A stretch of DNA of 36,220 nucleotides from an uncultured Gammaproteobacteria bacterium (GCA_964394845.1 CAYMZB010000039.1:1-36220), one strand, 5' to 3'. Numbered from the stretch's first letter, positions 27,093 through 34,482 are shown. The notes: generated by a model from the letters alone, not told the origin. A program made the numbers and translations.

Positions 27093-27560
27093 ATGGAGGA
27101 ACTTTGTCAAGATACGTTCAGTATACATGAATGTATCAAGTATAACAAAGATGGTAATATAATTGCAACAATGAAACACTTGGCTATTTTTAAAGGTAAA
27201 GGGGGAGAAGATATTCTAACCGGTAAAAAAACTGTAGAGAGTAGGTTTTCCAAGTCAAAAATTGCCCCTTTTGGGGTAATTAATAGGGGAGACTTGGTTT
27301 ATATAAAGCCATCCGGAGGAGATATAATTGGCCAATTTAGAGTAAAAAAAGTGATCTTTTTTGACGGTGTTACTCCTGAAGACTTATTGGATATAAAAAA
27401 AAGGTATGGAAGTGACCTTGCAATAGATGAAAGATCCTGGTCAGATAAAACAAAAGCATTATATCTGACGCTAATTTTTATTGGACAGTCAGCACGTTTT
27501 ATTACTTATCCTATCAAAATCCCCAAAAAAGATTTAAGAGGTTGGGTAGTTCTCGACTAA
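27093..27560 (+). CDS. ASCH (PUA-like) domain protein
   Basis: ..ILTGKKTVESRFSKSK...GDLVYIKPSGGDIIGQFRVKKV.. ATG 27171 (MKHLAIF..) is an alternative start. Confidence 0.65.
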   Translation: MEELCQDTFSIHECIKYNKDGNIIATMKHLAIFKGKGGEDILTGKKTVESRFSKSKIAPFGVINRGDLVYIKPSGGDIIGQFRVKKVIFFDGVTPEDLLDIKKRYGSDLAIDERSWSDKTKALYLTLIFIGQSARFITYPIKIPKKDLRGWVVLD

Positions 27561-29845
27561 ATGGCAGCTTGACCTGCCTGCTCGCCTCGCTGACGCTCCG
27601 GCGAAGCAGGCCGGTCAGGCAGGGCAGAGGAGCTTGCATATGAGGAATAAGGATCAGAGAAGAAAGTTTGGTTCTCTTTTCTTGAAACCCTAACAAAACT
27701 TTTTGGCAGCATATTAGAAACTGCCAAATCTTTTCTACCATCAATATTAGCCTCAATTACTCCTTCCGGACGAGTAAAAGCCTGATCAAGTTTTCCTGAC
27801 AGTAAACTGCTTATTATCTTATTCCAAATTGGAGCAGCTCCGGTTACTCCTGATGTTAACCTTTGATCCATTGGAGAGTTATCATTATTTCCTACCCAAG
27901 TTCCAACTACATACTTAGGAGTATATCCAAAAGTCCAGTTATCTCTTTTATTATCTGAAGTCCCTGTTTTAACTGCTACTGTATATCCTGGTATTTTGAG
28001 TAAAGAATTTGCTCCAAAAGCAGGAGTTCGAGCTGAGTTATCTGATAAAATATGTGTTATTAGATAAGCTACTTCAGGAGAAATTACTTTGGTAGGGTGA
28101 GGCGTATACTCCTCTAAAACATTTCCATCTGAATCAGAAACTTTGAGTATAGGCGTGGATATATTCTTGCTGCCCATCTGGGAAAATGCCCCATAAAGTG
28201 TCATCATATCAATCATCCTAACTTCAGCTGCGCCTAAAGTTAAAGAAAGCCCATACCTCTTTGGATCGGTAAAAGTAGTAATGCCTAAATCTTTGGATGT
28301 ATTTATCATTTCATCAACACCAACAGTAGCCAGCAGCTTAACAGCAGGGATATTATAGGAGCTGCCAAGCGCTCGTCTTACTGAGACTGCTCCGTGATAT
28401 GCGCCGTCATAATTAACCGGAGAGTAGGAATTACCCCAATTATCCTTAAAAACCACTGGCACATCTAAGATGGTATTACCAGGGGAGTATCCTATTTTAA
28501 AGGCAGAGGCGTATGTTGCTACCTTGATTGATGAACCTGGTTGGCGAAGGGAAAGTGCAACATTGAATGAGCCAAAATTAGGCTCATGATAATCTTTGCT
28601 TCCAATCATTGCCAAAATCTGACCGGTTGTAGCATCTGTGATCATGGCTGCGCCATTTTTTACATTAAGCGAAGAGAGTTTTTCAACCTCTGTAGATACA
28701 ATTTCTTCAACCTGCTCCTGCAAATCTAAATCCAAACTAGTCGTAATTTTTAAGCCTCCTTGAGAAACAGCCCTTTGACCATATTTTTGTGAAAGCAAAT
28801 CCTTAACATACATCACAAAATGAGCAGCCTTAATATTATTTATTTGAGGCTTTAAATGTAAATTCTCTGCATAAGCCAAATCAGCCTGATGCTGATCCAA
28901 GAATTTATTTTCAACCATCCTTCTTAGGACTTCTTTTTGTCTGACTTTGCCAAGTTCCGGGTTTGATCCATATGGAGAAAATTGGGTAGGTGAGGTTGGT
29001 AGTCCTGCCAGATAAGCAGCTTGAGCTAAACTTAAGCTGTGAGCTGACTTACCAAAATAAGTCTGGGTAGCTGCTTCAACCCCCCAGGCAGGGCCGCCGT
29101 ACGGCGCATCATTTAAATACATTCCTAAAATTTCATTTTTAGTATAAAGTCGCTCAGCCCAAATAGACAGAATTCCCTCCTTAATCTTACGAAGATAAGT
29201 TTTTTCCGGAGTAAGCAAAGAGTTTTTTATAAGTTGTTGGGTAATAGTGGAGCCGCCTTCCATCTGATGGTCTTTGATATTAGAAATAATAGCACGGAAG
29301 ATGGCTGTAGGATCTATTCCGGGATGAGAATAAAAATTTTTATCTTCAGTAGCAATTGTAGCCTGAATTAAATAAGGAGGCAGTTCATTCAAAGGAATTA
29401 TGGTACGGTTTCTGCCTTCATACAGGCGATATAATAATTTGCCGTTTCTGTCAAAAAATTCAGTAGTTAATGCTTTATCTGTTGAAACTAGTCTTTTAGG
29501 AGAAGGTAGTTGATAAGCTGCTGTAAATATAAAGGAGGTGTATAAATATACTAAAAGGGTAGCAAAGGCACCTGCTAAGGTTATTTTAGTTTTTAGGGAA
29601 ACTTTTCTTTTTATGAAAAGCCTAAATCTTTTTAAGTAATAAGGAGCAAGCCATGCTTTCCTGGGACGACTACGTTGTTTGGAGGTAATTGGGTTATGGA
29701 TAAAATTTAATGAACTGCGAGTTAGTAGCTGTCCTATCCAAATTGGAGCATTGCCAATTTTAATTAAGGTAAATTGAACCAATAAAAAGGTAACCCTAAA
29801 AGGAAAGAGTTTTGAATTATTGGTTTTTTTTAATTTTCTAGGCAT
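27557..29845 (-). CDS. bifunctional class A penicillin-binding protein (GT51 transglycosylase + transpeptidase)
   Basis: GT51 motifs ATEDKNFYSHPGID and GGSTITQQL. Transpeptidase motifs SSIK (SxxK), SYN (SxN) and KTGTS (KTG). The C-terminal tail ..PDRPASPERQRGEQAGQAAI is translated from a GC-rich element. Confidence 0.9.
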   Translation of the reverse strand: MPRKLKKTNNSKLFPFRVTFLLVQFTLIKIGNAPIWIGQLLTRSSLNFIHNPITSKQRSRPRKAWLAPYYLKRFRLFIKRKVSLKTKITLAGAFATLLVYLYTSFIFTAAYQLPSPKRLVSTDKALTTEFFDRNGKLLYRLYEGRNRTIIPLNELPPYLIQATIATEDKNFYSHPGIDPTAIFRAIISNIKDHQMEGGSTITQQLIKNSLLTPEKTYLRKIKEGILSIWAERLYTKNEILGMYLNDAPYGGPAWGVEAATQTYFGKSAHSLSLAQAAYLAGLPTSPTQFSPYGSNPELGKVRQKEVLRRMVENKFLDQHQADLAYAENLHLKPQINNIKAAHFVMYVKDLLSQKYGQRAVSQGGLKITTSLDLDLQEQVEEIVSTEVEKLSSLNVKNGAAMITDATTGQILAMIGSKDYHEPNFGSFNVALSLRQPGSSIKVATYASAFKIGYSPGNTILDVPVVFKDNWGNSYSPVNYDGAYHGAVSVRRALGSSYNIPAVKLLATVGVDEMINTSKDLGITTFTDPKRYGLSLTLGAAEVRMIDMMTLYGAFSQMGSKNISTPILKVSDSDGNVLEEYTPHPTKVISPEVAYLITHILSDNSARTPAFGANSLLKIPGYTVAVKTGTSDNKRDNWTFGYTPKYVVGTWVGNNDNSPMDQRLTSGVTGAAPIWNKIISSLLSGKLDQAFTRPEGVIEANIDGRKDLAVSNMLPKSFVRVSRKENQTFFSDPYSSYASSSALPDRPASPERQRGEQAGQAAI
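27571..27624. repeat. GC-rich palindromic element (family copy d)
   Basis: gacctgcctgctcgcc (27571-27586) pairs imperfectly with ggcgaagcaggccggtc (27600-27616). It shares a 20-mer with 17290-17309 and lies at the convergent junction of the ASCH and PBP genes. Confidence 0.75.
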
Positions 29846-29929
29846 AGCAATTTAACTCTAGGACAGTCAAAGTATAGTGAGGGCATTCTAAAATATTTGC
29901 TCCAAGGCTACAAGAGGGAATTAAATGTT

Positions 29930-30715
29930 TTAAAAAGCTAAGAAATATAGACCAACCCCAATTAAAGCTATTCCGGTTGTTTTGGAAAGTAAAATCCTTA
30001 AAGAATATTTTTCCTCAAAAATAGCGGAATATTTTTTAGATAAAATAAAGCTAAAAATTAATAAAAAGATATATTGTGTGCCTTGAAGTGAGTTTACCAA
30101 AACAGGATTTGCTAAGGAAATTGAGAAAAGAAGTAGCATTTCTGATATAGTTCCACTAACTTGTCCTAGTAAAAATACTAGGCCTACTTTGGAAAAAAAA
30201 TTTATCTTTGGTCCATGGGAGGAAATAATTTTTCTTCTAAAATTTGGGATAGAAATTATTAAGATGCCAAGAGGGAGTAGGATTAATCTTGACCAAACTA
30301 CTACAGAGAGAGGATCGAATTTTAAATAGGCTTGTTTTAACAAGACATAAGACAGCGCAAAGCTAAATGCTGATATAATTTCAAATATAACCTCTTTTTT
30401 AGTAAATTTTCCCTGCCAATCTGTTAGGGTCAAAAAAACCATACCAAGAATTAAAATTAAAACAGCATATGTTTGACTGGTAGAAATGCCATTGGTTCCG
30501 TAGGCTTCCACTAGAAGAATTAAAGGTATTAAAGTGCCAATGATTGGGATTATTCTGGATATTTGGCCAATCTTTAAGGCTTTAAACATAAAATAAATAC
30601 CAAGAGTCCAAAATATAGTGGAGCCAGAGGAGATAACAAAAGTTTCAAGAGAGGGTACCTTTGTCAAAGGTAAAACCAGGATTGCCAGAAGTGACGCCAG
30701 ACTTATATAAAACAC
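29930..30715 (-). CDS. EamA/DMT-family transporter, 5' end uncertain
   Basis: Polytopic 261-aa ORF starting at GTG 30715. The 36 in-frame codons upstream, reaching the GH1 stop codon, encode a plausible first TM helix but no canonical start codon. Confidence 0.6.
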   Translation of the reverse strand: MFYISLASLLAILVLPLTKVPSLETFVISSGSTIFWTLGIYFMFKALKIGQISRIIPIIGTLIPLILLVEAYGTNGISTSQTYAVLILILGMVFLTLTDWQGKFTKKEVIFEIISAFSFALSYVLLKQAYLKFDPLSVVVWSRLILLPLGILIISIPNFRRKIISSHGPKINFFSKVGLVFLLGQVSGTISEMLLLFSISLANPVLVNSLQGTQYIFLLIFSFILSKKYSAIFEEKYSLRILLSKTTGIALIGVGLYFLAF

Positions 30716-30823
30716 GTAGATTATAGGATCAGGAATAATTTTATTAAGTAAAAATTTATTGGTTAAAACTGCAAGGGCATTAAAAAAATACGCAGATATT
30801 GTAAATGGTAAATGAGACGTAAA

Positions 30824-32134
30824 TTACTCCTTTTCCATTTCTTTGTTTCTTTTATTCAAAACTTCTTCTGTTTGAACTGTATGACCAATAAATCTAAGCA
30901 GTGAATGAGGAATCCCGTTATGTTGAATAATATCTGTATACACCAAAGCAGAAGGTCTAATTCGTCTTGCTTGAGTTGTGTAATCTATTTCAATAAGGCC
31001 AAACCTGGGATCAAGACCTCTATGCCACTCAAAATTATCAATTAAAGACCAATAGAAAAATCCTTTTACATTAATTCCTCTGCTTATTGCTTGATAAACT
31101 TCATGTAAATAAGTTATTAGAAAGCGGTTTCTTCTATCATCATTTGTTGAGGCTATCCCACATTCAGTTATGTAAATTGGTAAATGATCTGAAAGATCTG
31201 TTAAAACATCAAATAATCCTTCAGGATAAATTTCCCACCCTAAGTCCGAGATATCTCTTGACTCTACTGAGGCATCAGCGATTTCAGGCAGTATTCCTTT
31301 GCCTGTCGTAAATCTAACATGGAAATAATAATTTACTCCTAGAAAATCATGTGTAGCTTTTGTTAAAAAATAGAATAGGTGATTTGAAATTAAATCCGTA
31401 AATATAACTGCCATTTGCTCAATCAGTGAATGTTTATGATAAGCATCCAAAGACTCTACATTTTGGGCAATACCTACAGGTTTTATAGGATGCAGTTTAT
31501 GTAAATATTTGTAAACTTTTTTATGTGCGGAAGCTAAATTAAGAACTGTTTTAATTTGAGCAAAAAAACTTTTCTTTGCCGGCGGCCAATCTCTTTTGAT
31601 ATATCCTTCATATATATAGACTCCTGGTTCATTAAGAGTAACCCACATGTCTACATATTCTGCTATTTCCGGGACAATCCTTTTTACAAATCTTTCAAAA
31701 ATCTTAGGTGTTTTCCCATTTTCCCAGCCACCTAGATCAGCTACCCATTTAGGCAAAGTAAAATGCCAAAGCGTTAGCATTACTTTTATATTACGGTTTT
31801 TTAAAGCTTTTAAGACAGATTTATAGTGTTCAATTTCCTGAACCTGAAATTCTCCGTCTTTAGGTTCAATACGGGACCATTCAATTGATAGCCTATGTAC
31901 ATTGTGGTTTAGCTGTTTGATAAGATCAAAGTCGCTCTCGTAGCGGTTATATTGATCGCAGGCTTGTTCTGAGCGAAGACGGGGTGGCTTTGTTTTTTGT
32001 TCAAAATCCCACCAGTCACTATAAATATTATTACCTTCTACCTGATAAGCGCTTGTTGCAGCTCCCCACAGAAAACCTTCCGGAAATTTCAAGGTTTTGT
32101 GGTCATGTTTCTCTTTGAGCTTTGAATTTATCAT
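30824..32134 (-). CDS. GH1 family beta-glucosidase
   Basis: N-terminal signature FLWGAATSAYQVEG, acid/base TLNEP, and nucleophile region YITECG (ECG instead of the usual ENG). Confidence 0.9.
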   Translation of the reverse strand: MINSKLKEKHDHKTLKFPEGFLWGAATSAYQVEGNNIYSDWWDFEQKTKPPRLRSEQACDQYNRYESDFDLIKQLNHNVHRLSIEWSRIEPKDGEFQVQEIEHYKSVLKALKNRNIKVMLTLWHFTLPKWVADLGGWENGKTPKIFERFVKRIVPEIAEYVDMWVTLNEPGVYIYEGYIKRDWPPAKKSFFAQIKTVLNLASAHKKVYKYLHKLHPIKPVGIAQNVESLDAYHKHSLIEQMAVIFTDLISNHLFYFLTKATHDFLGVNYYFHVRFTTGKGILPEIADASVESRDISDLGWEIYPEGLFDVLTDLSDHLPIYITECGIASTNDDRRNRFLITYLHEVYQAISRGINVKGFFYWSLIDNFEWHRGLDPRFGLIEIDYTTQARRIRPSALVYTDIIQHNGIPHSLLRFIGHTVQTEEVLNKRNKEMEKE

Positions 32135-32156
32135 ACAAACATACTATCATAAATAT

Positions 32157-32864
32157 ATGAGCAAGCTGTTGCCTTTTATAGTGATCATTGCTTTGATTTT
32201 GGGTGGATTAGGTTTCTATGGTTTTGTTATTTATAAGCCAGATATAGCTGCCGTACCAAAAACTTTACCACAAGCTACAATTGATGGTCGGATTAAATCT
32301 TTAGAAGATTTAGTAACAAGACTAGAAAAAGAAGTGAATGATTTAAAATCTTCAATATCTACCGCAGAGTCTTCCAGTCCTTCAGATTCAACAACATCAA
32401 GTTTAACAATATCAAGTGTAGAGTCTGAAGTTATTCAGTTGAAAGCGCGCGTTTCAGCTTTAGAAAAAACATCTGCTACAACTGCTCCTGCCTCAGCTAC
32501 TAAATATCCTTTATATATTCCTTTAGGTGCGGGTGCAGGCCCCTGGAATAATCCAGATTGGGTTACTTTAACAGAATATCAAGCGCTAATTAATGCTGAT
32601 AACTATTCTGGATATTCCAGTATGCAGCTTGAAGTAAACTCCAGGGTAGTGGAATCATTAGGTGTGGGGTCAATTAGATTATATAATGTAACAGATGGAA
32701 CCAGTATTTCTTCGCAGATTGATATAACTTCTTCAAGCTTTAGCGTACAGAGTTCTGATACACTTAAATTACCTGGTGGTCAAAAGAAATATAGTCTTCA
32801 GGTTAAGATTGCAGATAACAAAACCCTGTATATTCAAAGTGCCAGGATTAAGGTTAATTTTTAA
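32157..32864 (+). CDS. membrane-anchored coiled-coil / Ser-rich / beta-domain hypothetical protein
   Basis: Start set at MSKLLPFIVIIALILGG (TM helix). A coiled-coil segment and an S/T-rich linker follow. The track start at 32097 overlaps the divergent GH1 gene. Confidence 0.55.
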   Translation: MSKLLPFIVIIALILGGLGFYGFVIYKPDIAAVPKTLPQATIDGRIKSLEDLVTRLEKEVNDLKSSISTAESSSPSDSTTSSLTISSVESEVIQLKARVSALEKTSATTAPASATKYPLYIPLGAGAGPWNNPDWVTLTEYQALINADNYSGYSSMQLEVNSRVVESLGVGSIRLYNVTDGTSISSQIDITSSSFSVQSSDTLKLPGGQKKYSLQVKIADNKTLYIQSARIKVNF

Positions 32865-32906
32865 AAGTGGTTTACCACAACTACGGGTGATGATGAGATA
32901 GTTGTC

Positions 32907-32980
32907 TGGCAGGGGCGGGAGGAATCGAACCTTCGTCATGGCTTTTGGAGAGCCAGGTCCTACCACTGAACGACACCCCT
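32907..32980 (-). tRNA. tRNA-Trp (anticodon CCA), CCA end encoded
   Basis: Hand-folded: aggggtg|tc|gttc|agtggta|ggac|c|tggct|ctCCAaa|agcca|tgac|gaagg|ttcgatt|cctcc|cgcccct|g|cca. There is one A:C mismatch in the T stem. Confidence 0.8.
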
Positions 32981-32990
32981 ATGTAAGTTA

Positions 32991-33033
32991 CATTGTAACC
33001 TGTAAACTAAAACCTGTAAACACTGTAACCTGG
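32991..33033. repeat. heptamer word array tgtaacc/tgtaaac/taaaacc/tgtaaac/..tgtaacc
   Basis: Read directly between the rpmG stop codon and the tRNA-Trp 5' end. Confidence 0.75.
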
Positions 33034-33036
33034 AAT

Positions 33037-33201
33037 TTAGATTTTAACTTCGTTGTGGGGATTAGTTTTGCGACAGTGAGAACAAAATTTGTTCATAGTA
33101 AGCTTTTCTTTTATATTTACAGTGTTTCTTGAAGCGTTATAATTTTTTTCTTTACAAATAGAGCATTGGAAAAGAAATATTTGTCTGTTGCTTTTAGCCA
33201 T
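33037..33201 (-). CDS. rpmG: 50S ribosomal protein L33
   Basis: Hand translation gives MAKSNRQIFLFQCSICKEKNYNASRNTVNIKEKLTMNKFCSHCRKTNPHNEVKI with a CxxC...CxxC zinc ribbon. It is absent from the ORF track because it is under 60 aa. Confidence 0.9.
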   Translation of the reverse strand: MAKSNRQIFLFQCSICKEKNYNASRNTVNIKEKLTMNKFCSHCRKTNPHNEVKI

Positions 33202-33257
33202 AGGTGCTTAAGGATTATATAGAGATATAACTAAAACTGCAATAGTTACTGTCAAAA

Positions 33258-33551
33258 ATGAGTCTAGGAGATTATATGATGACTAACTGGGATACATACA
33301 AACAAAAATTACTAAAAGACCCTGAGTTTAAAAAGCTTTATGAAGAGTCTCAACCTGAGTTTGAGATTGCTAAGGCTATTATCCGAGCAAGGATAGAGAA
33401 TAAAATAACGCAAAAAGAATTAGCGGAAAAAATGAACACCACTCAATCTGTGATCTCCCGTGTTGAGCAAGGTAAAACAAGTCCCTCTATTTCTTTGCTT
33501 AAGCGTTTAGCAGCCGCTTTAAATACAACCCTTCAAGTTCAGTTTAAATAA
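33258..33551 (+). CDS. solitary XRE-family HTH regulator, paralog of the 23830 antitoxin
   Basis: ITQKELAEKMNTTQSVISRVEQGKTSPSISLLKRLAAALNTTLQVQFK parallels the 23830..24114 product along its length. ATG 33276 is an alternative start. Confidence 0.75.
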   Translation: MSLGDYMMTNWDTYKQKLLKDPEFKKLYEESQPEFEIAKAIIRARIENKITQKELAEKMNTTQSVISRVEQGKTSPSISLLKRLAAALNTTLQVQFK

Positions 33552-33561
33552 TTAATGGGTG

Positions 33562-33684
33562 TTGACAATAGAGTTAACAGTTGAGACTATAGAATTAGAA
33601 GTAAACTACAACTGTGTAAACTACAATTATGATTAACTAATTGTAGTAAACCAGTTTGTAGTAAAACCATGAATAATTCTGCCC
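33562..33684 (+). repeat. direct repeat copy A (44 nt + 16 nt, interrupted by a 63-nt symmetric repeat block)
   Basis: 33562-33605 aligns with 34542-34585, with the last 21 nt (gactatagaattagaagtaaa) identical. atgaataattctgccc at 33669-33684 equals 34589-34604. Confidence 0.85.
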
Positions 33685-33726
33685 GCTTCGCCGCGCCTTG
33701 TGTCGCCACTGGCACGAGGCGAGCTC
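33681..33726. repeat. GC-rich palindromic element (family copy e, inverted orientation)
   Basis: Contains cccgcttcgcc (33682-33692) and cgaggcgagc (33715-33724). The latter is the reverse complement of gctcgcctcg found at 17290 and 27580. Confidence 0.7.
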
Positions 33727-33784
33727 AAATAATTAACAGAGAAAAAAAAGGTTCTGATTAGTGGTTTTAAATCGTTTACACGAG

Positions 33785-33793
33785 TGGTATAAT
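33785..33793 (+). promoter_or_regulatory. extended -10 box tggtataat, 8 nt before ATG 33802
   Basis: TGnTATAAT match read directly, with no Shine-Dalgarno. The geometry matches that at 4484, 16674 and 20505. Confidence 0.4.
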
Positions 33794-33801
33794 TTGCTTA
33801 T

Positions 33802-33969
33802 ATGAAAAAGAAACTAACTAAAAAACCTGTTTATTTTATCGCCACGAAGTATAAAAATAATCCTGCGCAAGTTGCATTCTATACAAAAGATGGTGGGCAG
33901 GTTCCTGAGAATAAGGTAGAGAAAGAACCTACTAAAGCTGGCGTACGTCTTTATACCTTTGCAAGTTGA
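33802..33969 (+). CDS. small basic hypothetical protein (55 aa)
   Basis: Hand translation gives MKKKLTKKPVYFIATKYKNNPAQVAFYTKDGGQVPENKVEKEPTKAGVRLYTFAS. The stop codon lies 6 nt before the RusA-like ATG. Not in the ORF track. Confidence 0.45.
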   Translation: MKKKLTKKPVYFIATKYKNNPAQVAFYTKDGGQVPENKVEKEPTKAGVRLYTFAS

Positions 33970-33975
33970 TCCTCC

Positions 33976-34482
33976 ATGTCAAAGAAAAGATTAAGCTCTT
34001 TAACCTCTGTAGATTTCGATATCGGGATCGGAGAGATTATTCCCTCTACACAAGAAGCATTTAAAGAAAGTTTCTCAGAGGCAACTAGAAAAGAAGAGAA
34101 GACCCAAGTTTTAACTTTTAAGCAAAATTTTCTTCAAAGAGTTGAAGAGGTTTTAAAAGATACCAATCAATTTCCCACCAGTAATGAAGTTTTTGTTTTT
34201 ATTGTCCAGTATTTTATCTCAGAGAAAGAATATAGATCTCGTGATATAGACAATATGGCAAAAACAATTCTAGATGTTTTCAAGGGCAGATTATATCAAG
34301 ATGACGGGCAGGTAAAAACGTTACTGGTTGGTAAAAAGATGGAAGGGAGGGTCCCTCATAACTTTGCGTATATAGCAATTAAAGAACTTAAAAGCGGGAG
34401 TGACGTAGACGCTCTTAAAATATCCGGTTTGGAAAGATCAGTAACTTTATATCACGAGCTTAAAAAGAAAGGTTTGGTGTAG
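33976..34482 (+). CDS. rusA: RusA-like Holliday junction resolvase with N-terminal extension
   Basis: RSRDIDNMAKTILDVFKGRLYQDDGQV matches the RusA catalytic core (D-x-D-N-x-x-K...D-D-x-x-V) as recalled from E. coli RusA. Confidence 0.7.
   Translation: MSKKRLSSLTSVDFDIGIGEIIPSTQEAFKESFSEATRKEEKTQVLTFKQNFLQRVEEVLKDTNQFPTSNEVFVFIVQYFISEKEYRSRDIDNMAKTILDVFKGRLYQDDGQVKTLLVGKKMEGRVPHNFAYIAIKELKSGSDVDALKISGLERSVTLYHELKKKGLV

Noticed and set aside
27084-27100. 17-bp palindrome tcctccaatatggagga between secE and the ASCH gene
   Set aside because: The palindrome is real, but it is short and overlaps a candidate start codon. The GGAGGA on the secE side is 20 nt from the ATG. There is not enough evidence to assign a function.
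33669-33761. 30-aa ORF MNNSARFAAPCVATGTRRAQ.. starting at the shared atgaataattctgccc in repeat copy A
   Set aside because: Most of it is a read-through of the GC-rich repeat element, so it is unlikely to be a genuine gene. I kept it only as part of the repeat description.
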